Shown here piece after piece: positions 1 to 13,053 of a stretch of DNA of 64,000 nucleotides; within the stretch, counting starts at the first letter, position 1; every line of letters begins with the position of its first letter. A model generated the notes under the pieces. The model saw nothing but the letters and a program-made list of their open reading frames with translations, ran no database searches and was not told the DNA's origin. The translations under genes were made by a program, and so were the position numbers. This stretch comes from Blasia pusilla (lineage: Eukaryota): the NCBI GenBank assembly GCA_050084515.1, contig CM114271.1, positions 40,982,001 through 41,046,000 on the forward strand. The letters run 5' to 3'.

Positions 1-129
1 AACTAAATGTATCCTCCTCTGGTGGGTTCCTAGAACCACTTCTAGAGGGATCTCCCCACTAACCCCCCCCTCCCTCTTTTTCCATGGAAAGAAAGAGAAA
101 AGAAGCAAGTCGTAAAATGACAAGGGCTT

Positions 130-460
130 TGCTACATCTCCAAGGAGTCTCTTTGGCAAAGATAAGGCAGAATCATAGGTTGAAAATTGCGGAATGAGTC
201 AAATAAAGGGGTTAGTGGCAATAAATCCTTTGTTTGGCGTTTGCCATTATCTTGTGGCTATGTTGTGATTGACATCGCCATTATTTGTGCGATTGTCATG
301 CGAGTATCAAGAGCCACAAGAAAATTGCATGGGGATTCAAACTTTGCAACTACCTAGCGACTATGGGCACTTGCATACAACGTGTGGCTATGAGAAGTCG
401 CAATCGAGACCGTAGTTGCAATCGCGGGAAAAGTGGATGTCATTAATCAACCACATAGTG
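130..460. repeat. Possible decayed CACTA-type subterminal repeat region ending in TAGTG
   Basis: Recurrent degenerate TTGCG/CGCAA/GTGGC/GCCAC words, ending at ...ccacaTAGTG (456-460, reverse complement of CACTA). No partner terminus found. Confidence 0.25.
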
Positions 461-1839
461 AGCACTCACAATTCATATTCACTAGACAGCCACAAAGCAC
501 CCATACGTAAAGGTAGAGACAAGGAGTGCTTGCCATAGAATCCATATGAACAAGCCTATCACCTTATGTTAGATAGTGATTTACGTATACATGTTACTTT
601 TTGACTTGTGAATCTAAATGTCATAGTATGAATCTACATGAGTTATATTGAACTTGGGCATATAAAAAGAATGAGACATACCATCAAGTAAAAAGGAGGG
701 AAATGAATTTCCCTAAGGCATAAAATGGTCAACACATCCTCTTTTGAAGATGTGAGATTCGTAAGATCCCATATTTCCACACAAAGTTGATGAAACACTC
801 GTGACATATGCACAATAGTCATCCCCACAACAACTTTCATGAAACTTCATAAGCAATATGCAAGCAAAAATTGCATACAAACATGAAAGACATGGGACTT
901 TAAACTTCCAAAATTTAATCTTGACATTTGCTTTTGTAAAGCACGTACATGCATAAGCACTTGGCACTTTGAGTGCACCCACTCTCACATTCAAAACTTG
1001 TATCCTATCAATATCAATAGTTATTACATAATCTACTTCAATTTCAACTTAACTTGGCTCTACTAGGATAAGATTAATGCCATAACTGAAGATAATTATC
1101 CCGAAAAAATTGGTGTTTATAATGATATCAAAATCATCTTTGGGTTGTGTAAGAAGGATTTTGTCAAATTTAGGCAAGATATGAATCAAATCCAAATTAT
1201 GTTGAATCAACAAGTCTTGAAAAATGCCCAATGTAGAAGTAGGCATTAGACCGAGAATATTAATTGGGATATTGGGGCACAAAATGAGAAAATTTGAGTC
1301 AGGTTCATGTCAAAATGTATGTTGCTTCTTTAGACACCACATTTTTTTTAAAGGATCTACAAGTCAAGGTTCACATCTTCTTTGCCTAATTTTATGGGCA
1401 ATATCAAACTCCATTTTTTTTGGGTTCGCTAGAATTACCTCACCTTAACACTTGATACTCAAGCTGGATTTGCACATGTCTCAATCGTCTTGTTGAATAA
1501 GTGTGCCATATAGCTTCTCCATGTATGGATGATCCCTATCTTTGTACCGTCTATGGCATTGTGTGAAGGTTTAGAGTAGTAAAAGTTCACTCGTAGTCTA
1601 CAAACAAAACATCCTTGCTAGTTATCCTTTTGTGCAATGACTCAAGAGGATCCCACATTCGGTATCATTAAAGACAGAACAATATCTAGTATCGAGTTAT
1701 ATATACAATACAAATCATTGAATTTCCCTTGCATTTTCCCTAAGTCTTTACTTGCGGCCTAATCCGCAAGATGGATATGTAGTAAGGAGATACGTGTAAA
1801 TAATGGTGGGTGGATGGAGGTGGAGGGGTATGTATTAGT

Positions 1840-2680
1840 AACATAGTTGGAGAGGGTTATGCCACCATCTTTTATGAAAGGGCAATGTCATTGGCTGCTT
1901 TATTTGGCAAGGGAGGAAAGTATTATAAGTCACATACACTGTAAATGGATGCATTTGTTTGAGCACTACATTGAAGATGGATTGAAGGCTTTGGTCTATA
2001 ATGAAGCTCAAGTGGAGGCCGGGTAGAGTGGAAAAGGGATAGAAAGGGATACTTGAGGCGATGTTCTATTCAACAAAGTTGCATGCACACAATTCACATT
2101 GTCTATTATCGGATAGTTGTAAGCATGCACATTTGTCCTCATGAACAATTTTTCCTTGATGACTTGGTTGAGGGAATACAATGAGGAGAATGATGTATGC
2201 AATAGTGAAATTTTATGTGCATAATTTCCTTAATTTAGGACCCATATGGTGGATTCGCTACGAGAAGCCTCCGTTGGATAGAGAGGATTTGAGCCTCAAG
2301 TAGATGTGGACGTGAGAGAGAGGATGTTGGATCACGAGGTAAATGGTCAATCTCATACCCACATATGGGGGGAGGGTGCATGGTCTTCATTTTTGGATGA
2401 GAGCATAGTACAAGCATTGTATACAGATAGAAGAAAACAAACTATATTGCACCTTTAAGCAAGAATCACAAGCATGCATCCTGTCAAGATATGAACTTGG
2501 TTAGTGGGAACCTACCATATTTTGGATTTTTGGAGGAGATTTTGGAGTTGGACATCCACATATTTCAAGTGATTCTCCTACAATGTCAATGGTATCAAAT
2601 ACTTCTACGAGGAAAGGCCCACCCCATTGGTCATGACAAGTGTGGAGTCTTTAAAGTCGTTATTCAAATTTACTAATGAG
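1840..2680 (+). pseudogene. CACTA/En-Spm (Tnp2-type) transposase relic, DUF4218- and DUF4216-like segments
   Basis: About 1848-2020 translates LERVMPPSFMKGQCHWLLYLAREESIISHIHCKWMHLFEHYIEDGLKALVYNEAQVEA (cf. LExxFPPSFF...HL...RWMYPFER...LK..V.N.A.PE). ORF 2491-2676 has PYFGFLEEILELDIHIFQVILLQCQW (cf. YYGxIEEIxELDY...LFxCxW). Stops and frameshifts lie between. Confidence 0.65.
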
Positions 2681-3879
2681 GTGATTATGAGAGTCATAAT
2701 ACTATTTTTATTTCCCTTCTACGTGGAACACTGCTTCTAAGTTGAACATAATATTTAGAGGGATAGAAGATTACATTATGCATACATTACCTTCCAAGAT
2801 TCGGGTAGAGTGCAATCCGACATGAACCAAGAGATAGTCGGGTAGTACTAATGATTCATCTAGATGAACTATGACATGCTTTAACAAAATAATTTAGTGT
2901 GAAAAATATGCATATAAATTATAAATAACTGATACCTCTAGATATATTGTCTCATCCTAAGCTTTATTTCTTTCTTCTTGACTCTCATCAATTTGTAGAA
3001 CTTCTTTCACTCGTAAACTCCCTCCAACGTGCATGGAATCTAATTAGAATTCTTCTAGTTTATCAATTTGGAATTGTTGATATTACTTGTGAAAGGTTTA
3101 GGGTTCTCCTATATCCACCGCATATAATCTTTGTTTAAGTCCCCCAAACTTTGTGCGCTCTCGTGTCGAGAGCCTTTCTTCGAGTTAGGGCGAGCCTTCT
3201 AGTTACGGCAAACGTGATCGATGCAAGATGAACTCTCTAAAAAGTTATCCTTTTTCAATACAAAATTATTATGTATATTCTCCATTCTCTCACGACAATA
3301 TCACAAATGGAAGTGCCAAGGCAATCACTTCTTCATAACATCAGACCCCAAAATTCATAATTATAAAATCCATATAAACTACTTTACGCTTGTACACGAG
3401 GAAGATAGCACAACTATGTTAAAACCTACTTGAGCAGGCCTATTAACGTCCATGGATCGCTATATAAGGACATACAAAATACAATCCCATGTCTTTCCAT
3501 ATGTGACGATAGGAAGGATCACCGGAGTTGGAGGTTGAATGACTTGGTTCCTAAACGTCTCCCCAAAGTGATAAACTAAATAGCGAGTGAACCAGTGCCT
3601 ATCTACAAAGAGTTCCTTGACATGGTATGGATTGAGGAAAGGAAAGTCGGGCACAACTCGTGCTCCATCCCTATCCACGCTTGACAAACATTCTCTACTC
3701 TCCTCAAGAATGAGTTTTGGCAGAATTATTCTCCCAAGAGGGGTAATCCACTCTCATTGGGAAAGTAAAAAGCCAAAACATTCACTATTTTAGTATGACT
3801 AAACTCCTCTAAGGTGACAAACCTCTCATCTCCACACACACACCACACTTTAGAAACCTCTCGAAGAATAGACCATGGT

Positions 3880-4899
3880 TGTCGTGCGCCTACTCTCCTT
3901 GAACGTTAATCTTGTTTGTTGCGGAAGCGTGCGTTCAATAGGTCACGCTCTCAACGCTGATCTGCATCCAAACACGCACTTCGGTTAGTCGGGTCTTGGA
4001 TCAATCAGCGGGATTACTTTCGAGTTCTCGTCTCGGACTCTCTCTTCAAGCTCAACCTTCCTAGTTTCGCGGTTTCCAACGCGGCAAGTCTCGAAAGACT
4101 TGGGACAGACTTTTACAGTCGGTTCGGGAACTGAAAGCGGCGTTTCGCGCCTAAGCGGTTCCAAGCTGTCCGATGAACATCCAATGAGTTCCTCACCAAG
4201 ACTCGCACTGAAGTGAATCTCGGGTTGGAATCCAAGTGTGGCGTACAAAGTCCACTCCCTTGGATCAGGTTTGGGTTTGGGTTTCGCGCCAAACTCCGTT
4301 TCATCCGTGCCTCAAAGCGCCGTTTGGCGCCCAAAGTGGGTTTCGTTTCCGAGACATCTCAGAGAAGGTACTCCCCTTACTAGTACTTCTGGGGATCTCC
4401 GGGGCCCCCTACATTTAGGGAAAGACACCGGGCCCCTCAATTGGCCCTCAACCCGATTGCTCTCTGAATCGTTTTCGGCCAATATCTCAGCCTGTACTTA
4501 TGCGTTTGCTGAGATCTTTGGTGCGTTGGAAGCGTCTCAAGATCAGCTTTCCAACGCGCCCTTAGTTGTCCCGAACGCATCTTGGAGCTCAACGTTATGG
4601 TCCTAAACACAGTCAGATTCTCCCAAGCGCTAGTCATGTTCCAAAGCGGTTCTCACCTCTTTGGCAACCAACCTCCAAGACTCAACTCATCTCAAGTCTC
4701 GGCTCGCGTTTGGTCTAGGTTTCCTGGTCGCGACCACTAACGCATGAAACGCACAACTCTGTTCGCGTTTCGTCTCTTAGACTTTTTCAGAGACTCTACC
4801 AAACGCCTCTCCAAAGCGCAAACCTCGCGGCGTGAGTTTCTTTGAGTTCGATGTTTAAGCGCGCGTATTTGGTGTTGTTTGGTTATGAGGGTCGCGACA
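3880..4899 (-). repeat. 3' LTR of chromovirus
   Basis: Near-identical to 10178-11197; adjacent to the PPT. Confidence 0.95.
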
Positions 4900-4912
4900 C
4901 TCACCCCTCCTT
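4900..4912 (-). promoter_or_regulatory. Polypurine tract
   Basis: Reverse complement AAGGAGGGGTGAG directly precedes the 3' LTR. Confidence 0.85.
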
Positions 4913-5609
4913 AGAAGGTTGATGTCTCATCAGCGCAAACCTTATTGATGTTAAGTTGGGAAGCCGACCCTTAAACGAATCGCGTTACGGTAGCTAACCC
5001 ATAATTCCTCTTTTTGGCTTAAGTCTTAGGTTTGTCGCTTGCGACACTTAGACTTATTAGCTTTACGCTTTCGATGAGCCTAGACTAGTTACGCCAAACT
5101 AATCTAACTATCAAAATAAGCTCACTAAGTCTGCAACCTAACACTTCACTCACTATTTGTAAACAAACTTTGTCTACCTAGCCAACTCGTACTACTTTTG
5201 GGTCACTGTATTCCACCTAGGCGCGTCACTAAGTTCAGTCATGAAACATGAATGAGATCACCACAAACCCCAAGACAGACTCATCTGCCCCGCCCGGCGT
5301 TAGGCGAGCCCAAATGCTAGTACTTCAACACTTGGTCTGATCTAGATGCCTTATCTGAATACAAGCTCTCACCTCAAATACTCATTGTTTGGTCTCCTTG
5401 ACTTACATCCTAAGCATATGAAGAACTACTCATTGCCTTGCACAAACCAAACTCAAAATTACAATACAAGCATCGAATCTCCAAATCCATGTCTTCTTTA
5501 TTGCAACAACTAAACCTTTCTAGTTACAACGGGTTATCGGCCCAAGCTTTCGGTCACAAGTTATGTCCATTGCTTCACCATGTACTAACGCACGTGCCTT
5601 TCTTGCATC

Positions 5610-5765
5610 CATCTGAAGTCACGCAATGCTTCTTGCGCATGTTCTAGATCCGCCTCCGCAATCCAAGTCGCCTCTTTCACATGATAGCCTTTCCACTTGA
5701 CCAAGTACTCGTACTTGGTGGCCCTCGTCTGGGCAGCAGAATAGTCTCAACCTCGAACTCTGGTT
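5610..5765 (-). other. Integrase C-terminal chromodomain
   Basis: Read across a frameshift: EPEFEVETIL...TKYEYLVKWKGYHVKEATWIAEADLEHAQEALRDF. Confidence 0.85.
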
Positions 5766-8700
5766 CCTCATTTACGATGACGGTTGTGGTCTCAACATCC
5801 TCCTTCGCTCCGGGCACATTGTCTTGAAGATACTTCTTCAATAATGACACATGGAAAGTCGGGTGAATCTTGAACTTCGTTTGGCGGCTCAAGCGTGTAC
5901 ACATCCTCAAGCGGCCTTGCCTTGATCACATACTGGTCCAGCATACTTGGTGACAATTTATGAACAATTCTTTCGGAAGAGTGAGATTCTTAACACTCAA
6001 CCACACTTGTTCCCCAACTTGGAAACTCACATGGCGCCGACTTTTGTTAGCATGCTTTACGTACCTTAGTTGAGCCTTGGCGAGACTTTCTCTCGCTTCG
6101 CTCTTGTCGTTCTGCATTTCCACTAACAAACATTCGCCGTTGCTTGGCGAGTGTGTGTCGATGTATTGCCCTTCGAAAGAGCTAAGTCAAGAGGCCCTTC
6201 GGTTCTCTTTGATACGCCCGGAAAAGCGGAGATTCTCGGTTGCGAGAATGCTTAGTCGAGTTGTAACAATACTCAGCCATACTTAACCACTTGGCCCAAT
6301 CTCTTTGGTCGCACTCACGTAATTCCGTAAGTATTGGTTTCGACCGAGTTTACTTTTCCGTTTGCCCATCCGTTTGAGGATGGAAGGCGTACTAAAGCTG
6401 AGTTTGGTCGGAACCTCTGAATAGATGTTTCCAAAGGCCTTTGGTAAACCGGATCGATCGGACACAATGCTCCTAGGCAATCCGTGCGCACGCCACCAAC
6501 CATCCAGGAATAGTCGGGAAGTCGCGTGAGGCGTCGTCGAGACTCTCTCGTCGGCACAAACCTCCCCAACTTGCTAAACCGATCAACTATCACAAGTATA
6601 GCGTTGTATCCCTCGGATTCTGGAAGACTCGTAATGAAATCCATGCTAATGCTTTGCAAGGGTCCCTCGGGATTGGCAAAGGATGAAGTAAACCTTGTTT
6701 CTTCGCATAAGACAGCTTGGTTACTTTGGCGAGTCACGCATGTTTTCACATATTGAGCAACATCTTCCTTCATGTTGGGCGGAAGAACCTCTTAGACAAA
6801 ACAACAAAGTGGATTTCTCCCCTTTGTGTCCCGCCAAAGGTCCATCATGACATTCCACAAACACCTTGGTCCGTAGCTTGCCTTGGCCTACATAGATCTG
6901 CTCTGCTTAAACCTTAGCAAGCCGTGTCTCAAACTCAGATTGGCCACCTTTCGCCCGCTTTAACTTCCCAAGGTACTCCTCGCTTGCTCATCCTTCATGT
7001 ATCCTTCACGAATCCTTCTTTCAGTGTGTTTGTTTCATTAGGGAACATTGCTCTCAACACTTGTGTAAATCGATGGCATGTGTTCATCCTGCGACTTCAT
7101 CTGGAATGACATTGTCTTTCCCGGCTTGTGGATTAGCTCCACATTCATCAACGCCAAGGTATCATGCCACGAAGTTGTTTTGGCGTCAGCGATCTGGGTC
7201 TCAAAATACTTGAGCGATATGTTATCGGTGAATACTCGAGTCTGTGAAGTCCCAAATAGTGCGCCACTTCCTCAAGCAATGAACCACCATAAACAACTCT
7301 TTCTCATGGTAGGCCATCTCCTTCGGTGTCGTCAGCTTCTTGCTTTCGTATGCTCTGAGTCTCCTTTTTGCACCAACATTCTGCAATCGCGAAATCACTA
7401 GCATCCGTGTGCACCTCGAGCGGTTGTTCAAACTCGGCGATTTGAAGCGGTTCTGCGAGAGGATCTCTTTGACTTCGATTGAGCGCTTTATCCACTTCCT
7501 CGGTCCATGTAGTATTGGCAAACTTTGCGGTCCAATCCGTGAGAGGTTTCACTATGCCGAAAAATTCTTCACGTATGTCGGTAAAGCTGGGCGACTCGAT
7601 GAACCTTCTCATCCCCTTCACCGTGGAAGGCGGTTCCCATTCGGCAATCGCGCTCACCTTTTCCATGTCTGGACTCACTCCATCCGCCTGACCACATGTC
7701 CCAAGAACTTGATCTTCGTCAAACCGAACTCACTCTTATCCGCATTCGCATCTGACTTGTTAGCCTAAGTTTCTCAAACACCGTCTTCAAATGTCGGCGT
7801 GCTCCTCTAGTGTTTTCGAATAGATGAGTATGTCATCTATATAGATGATCACAAACTCATCCGTCTCCTTGTGAAAGATGGAGTTCATCAAAGTGTAAGC
7901 GTCGGAGGCGCATTACAAAGACCGAAAGGCATTACTACAAACTCGAGCGAACCGTATCTCGTCCTACGAGGCGGTCTTCTCTACATCCGCCCGGCAATCC
8001 GAATCTGATAATATCTGATTTCAGGTCAATCCGGCTGAAATACTTGGCACCCGACAATCGATCAAAGAGGTCATCCATCCTCGGTAGAGATAGTTATTCT
8101 TACCGTCACTTTATTCAGCGCCCGATAATCAACACGAGTCTCAACTTCCCATCCTTCTTCTTGACAAAGAGGGCGGGCGCCCCATAAGGTGACTTGCTCG
8201 TTCGGATGTAACCCCTCTCTAGGAGTTCACCCAACTGTTTCTTCAACTCAGCAAGTTCCTCTTGATTCAACCTATATGGTGCCTTTGAAGGTGGTTGAGA
8301 TCTGGTATCACCTCAATCTTATGATCAACCGCCCTATGTGGTGGCAACTCGTCGGAAGCTCCTTAGTCAACACATCTTCAAATTCTTTCACAACTCTCTT
8401 GAGTGTTTGAGGGATCTCCTTGAAGCTGAGTTCTGATCTCTGCATCTTGCGCTTGCATCATCCTCTACTCGTCTCATCAAGCAAAGGAATCCTTCCTCTC
8501 TTCGGCCAAACTTCGTCCTCGTGATGGCGTTCACCAACTCCGTCTTTCTAGGCACCTCACGAACCAATCGGCGTCCGTCCGTTTGCCGTTAACCAAGGCG
8601 CTTAACCTCAAGGTCTCGCCTCGGTTCCACCTCATCGCATCCAGAACGTGTTCCCCAAGACTCCGTCGATACCGTCCATCTATAAGCTGTAAAATTCTCC

Positions 8701-10164
8701 TTCAACTCAAATACTCGCATCTCACAACTAGCCCTAAAACCAGATCGATGTGCGGTGGGATTTTCCTCGCGAATCCTACCTAATGGGTTCATCCGCTTTG
8801 GTGGTTGGCAATCCCAACGTTTTTACGATTCTCGGACTCAGAATGAGTCGAAGCACTGTATCAACGAGCAACATCACATCGCGATTAGCGATCTTGGATC
8901 CTAGGTAAACCAAATTGGGCGTTCTCTTGGTGACTTGTAGAGATGTATCTAGATCTCCCTCCGATAAATGCTTAGCGGCAAAGCGCAATCATACTCGGTT
9001 TACTAACCTTGGGCCTCACACATTCCTTAGCCATATGCCGGGTTCGCCACAATTATAACAAATCACTTTGGCATTCGTTGACCGTGGCGGCCCCTTCGGC
9101 CAGCGTTGAGTTCCACTCGTTTCGCATTTGAGGCGAGAGACCCTCGTGGTCGCGCTCACCCCCATTCAAACCCTCTTGGATGTCCCTTTATTCTTCGTAA
9201 CTTAGAAAAACTTTTTGTCTCAAAGGGTTTGGGTGTTGGACTTCATCGTCCCCAATCCGCTCGGCTAGTCTCAAGAGGTCGCGCGCGTCTGGGATGTGAG
9301 GCATACGAAAGAGAGCCTTCTCGGCACTCGGTTTGAGCCCACTTAGGAAGATCACCTTTTTAGTATGTTCATCCGTGGAAAGTGCACTCATAAGCGCACT
9401 AAACTCTCGCACATAAGCACCAAGTGATCCACTCTGGCGCAACCTCACCACCTCCATGCCATCGCGGTACTCCTGATATTCGGGTGAATCGGTTCCCAAT
9501 CAACTCCTTGAAATCTTCCCAACTCAACGTTTTCCCACGACCTAGATGTTCTTTCCGGTGAGCCGTCCACCAATGGAGAGCGTGATCCTTGTAAAGCGTG
9601 ACCGCTCTGATCACCTTGTCTTGTTCATCGCCTTTTGCGCCGAAATAGAGTTCGAGTTCCGTTAGAAACTTCGCTCACTTTCGAGAACGCCCCATTCTGT
9701 GAATGGCGTTGGCAAATTAGTCTTACAAAGCTTCTTGCCAGAACTAGAGGCTCCATTTGACTTGAATTCGAGATCACCTTGCTCTGTTCGACCATTTGGT
9801 CCGCCATCACCTTCATCAATCCCATCATTTGGGTATAAAAGGCCGGATCGTTTAAGTTTGGACCCGAAGGTCCAGCGGAAAGATTTTCGGTTGGAACATC
9901 CTCATATGGGACTCGGCACCGGGAGTCGCAAATTCCACCTCCGGCTCTCGGTCCGTCATTGATTAAATCTCTTGGCTTCTTTGCTTTGACTCGCGGTTTC
10001 CTCGGTTCTTCGCCCTTGGTCGCCATTTGCGAGTCGTCGCCTTTTCTCAGATCTCCTCCTCGCCTCTTGCGTTCCTCCTCGCGTCGCGGTCTTCCGGCTA
10101 CCTTGAGTTCTCCCCAAAGCGTCCAGATCTTCAACGACCCCAAGTTCACGCTCATCAAGGAATT

Positions 10165-10175
10165 GCTCGATACCA
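10165..10175 (-). promoter_or_regulatory. Primer binding site (tRNA-iMet type, one base missing)
   Basis: Reverse complement TGGTATCGAGC, 2 nt inside the 5' LTR boundary; canonical form is TGGTATCAGAGC. Confidence 0.8.
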
Positions 10176-10177
10176 CG

Positions 10178-11197
10178 TGTCGTGCGCCTACTCTCCTTGA
10201 GCGTTAATCTTGTTTGTTGCGGAAGCGTGCGTTGATGAGTCACGCTCTCACGCTGATCTGCATCCAAACACGCGCCGGTTAGTCGGGTCTTGGATCAATC
10301 AGCGGGATTACTTTCGAGTTCTCGTCTCGGACTCTCTCTTCAAGCTCAACCTTCCTAGTTTCGCGGTTTCCAACGCGGGCAAGTCTCGAAAGACTTGGGA
10401 CAGACTTTTCAGTCGGTTCGGGAACTGAAAGCGGCGTTTCGCGCCTAAGCGGTTCCAAGCTGTCGATGAACATCCAATGAGTTCCTCACCAAGACTCGAC
10501 GAAGTGAATCTCGGGTTGGAATCCAAGTGTGGCGTACAAAGTCCACTCCCTTGGATCGGGTTTGGGTTTCGGGTTTCGCGCCAAACTCCGTTTCATCCGT
10601 GCCTCAAACGCCGTTTGGCGCCCAAAGTGGGGTTTCGTTTCCCGAGACATCTCAGAGAAGGTACTCCCCTTACTAGTACTTCTGGGGATCTCCGGGGCCC
10701 CCTACATTTAGGAAAGACACCGGGCCCCTCAATTGGCCCTCAACCCGATTGCTCTCTGAATCGTTTTCGGCCAATATCTCAGCCTGTACTTATGCGTTTG
10801 CTGAGATCTTTGGTGCGTTGGAAGCGTATCAAGATCAGCTTTCCAACGCGCCCTTAGTTGATTCGAACGCATCTTGGAGCTCAACGTTATGGTCCTAAAC
10901 ACAGTCAGATTCTCCCAAACGCTAGTCATGTTCCAAACTGGTTCTCACCTCTTTGGCAACCAACCTCCAAGACTCAACTCATCTCAAGTCTCGGCTCGCG
11001 TTTGGTCTAGGTTTCCTGGTCGCGACCACTAACGCATGAAACGCACAACTCTGTTCCGCGTTTCGTCTCTTAGACTTTTTCCAAGAGACTCTACCAAACG
11101 CCTCTCCAAAGCGCAAACCTCGCGGCGTGAGTTTCTTTGAGTTCTGATGTTTTGCTTGGCGCGTATTTGGTGTTGTTTGGTTATGAGGGTCGCGACA
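10178..11197 (-). repeat. 5' LTR of chromovirus
   Basis: TGTCG...CGACA; direct repeat of 3880-4899. Confidence 0.95.
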
Positions 11198-13053
11198 ATG
11201 GTCAAGTTACTCTCCCAAGAGGGGTGATCCACTCTCATTGGAAGAGCAAGCAATCCCAAAGCCATACACTCAAGAGTGACACGAGAGACTCAAGATGTGG
11301 AATAGAAAGTGATGAACCCTTGAAGGTTCCTCCTCTTTATATACTCATAAGGGATCCACAAGAGTACAAAATAGAGCTAATCTTATCTTATGCCACATGG
11401 CTTCCTCTCAAGGCTTAGCCAATCACATTTTGACACAAGTAGATTTCCTCTTATCTCTTCTAAAATATTCTCTTTTATCCACTTGATATTTTTCAAATTA
11501 CCCCAACTAGCCTAGCCACCAACCAAGACTACTTTTGCTTTTCATTAAAGCACCAACCTCACTACTTTACTTTTATAAAGTCATCTTTTATTTATTACCT
11601 CTTTTCCTAAAGTTGGGCCTGCATAAAAGAGGCACCATAAAGAGGTTTAAACATGGGAATTTCCTTTTCCTAAGCTAATTTATTTAATACTGATAAAATT
11701 CTATCTAACACTTAATGAGGAAGGAGTTTACACACTAGCTGATTTTACTAGACGACAGCGCTCTCTATCGATGATAACTTCCTTATTAAAATTATCCAAA
11801 AATTGGGCGTCATACTCCTCAACTCTTTTCACCTTGAGCATCATTTGCTTCAACCTTACCATCATAGTAACTGATACCTAGATATCAAGGGAGAAAAGAA
11901 CTTTTAGCTTGGATATTCTTAGAACCTCAATCGACGTTATTCATACGAGCGTTAGACACCATTGCGTTCCACTTACTCTTTGGAGCATAATCCATGTGAA
12001 AAAGAAGGAGTGTTGAAATGACTTGAGCACAACAAAAGTCAAACGCCTTTAAAGAAAAAATGAACGTTCCAAGTCCTAGATTGAGTTCCTTGTGAGTCCT
12101 CATGAATATTGATTACGTGCCAAAATATTGCTTCTTTGTGAGCTCAAGATGTGTAATACTTGCAGAAGACTCGTAATTTTGTGCTAGTGCTTTGCGGATC
12201 CAAGCACTCGAACAAATGACACTCACAAATCTTTGTTCACTCGTTAATGACTTGCAAGATACTTAAATGACCGACACTCACAAAATAGTAGTGCGACCCA
12301 AAATGGGATTCTCCAAACAACACTCAGGACCTCTCGGTCCCTAATAATCTATAGTATTATTGGAGAGTGCCTTCTTGATTTGCAACACTTGTATTGAAGA
12401 AAATATTTCTCATACTATGAACATAAAAAAACGAAAAGAATTTGTGTGTAACATCATTAACCCCTTCGTGGGCTCTACATAGATTATGAATGGTTCCTCA
12501 TCCTTCACAAAGAATTCATGCAATGCATAATTCCCATGAGAAACTCAACATTGGTCCAACAAATGTTTGCGGTGCATCTTAGATTTTGTCTCCTTTGCTT
12601 AAGAGCTCTATGACTAAAATGCACGGGAAAAGCACTTACGACTTCATCGTTTATGATCAATTTTTTCACAAGCGGAATCTCAACGGTTAGTATGCGGTGA
12701 TAACCATGGGGAAAATCTATGCGGGCAAACAATGACACGCCCTAATAAATGACATCCCTTACTAGGGGGTGCCAATAGTGGGGAAACGAGATTCATGGAG
12801 AACCGGTTTATGAAGTCCCTCCTGCGCGGCCTAAAACGGGAAGAGTCGCCGGGCCAGTCCGTCAGGTAATCAGAAGAGGTAGACAGACACGGACGGCTGC
12901 AGCATCAGACCCAACTCCTTCAATTCTCCACCAGAGCCCCACACTTTCAGCGCAGGGGTCATCTCCGGGAGAAGTTGGAGGTCCGGAGCAGAGAGGCGGA
13001 CCCGCACTTCTTGAGGGGTTGAATCAAGTCGTGCGCGCTTTGATTTGGTGAAG

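Larger units (their letters stand above)
5600..10176 (-). pseudogene. Chromovirus gag-pol, frameshifted
   Basis: gag (ORFs 9188-9614); CYNCGEP..HMAKEC knuckle ~9020-9060; protease LLVDT ~8860; RT IYIDD ~7830-7847; RNase H HTDASDFAI ~7390; integrase SISMDFITSLP/LVIVDRFSK ~6570-6660; IHPTFHVSLLK ~5840-5870. Confidence 0.9.
3880..11197 (-). mobile_element. Full-length Ty3/Gypsy chromovirus LTR retrotransposon (Galadriel-like)
   Basis: Two ~1020-bp LTRs with TGTCG...CGACA ends; perfect 5-bp TSD ATGGT (3875-3879 and 11198-11202); PBS and PPT present; gag-PR-RT-RH-INT-chromodomain on the - strand. Lineage suggested by RNase H PLEVHTDASDFAI and gag LRQSGSLGAYVREFSALM (by eye). Confidence 0.95.

Noticed and set aside
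3200-3690. Possible decayed Gypsy protease-like text on the - strand (VYMDFIIM...)
   Set aside because: No catalytic motif recoverable; too degenerate to call.
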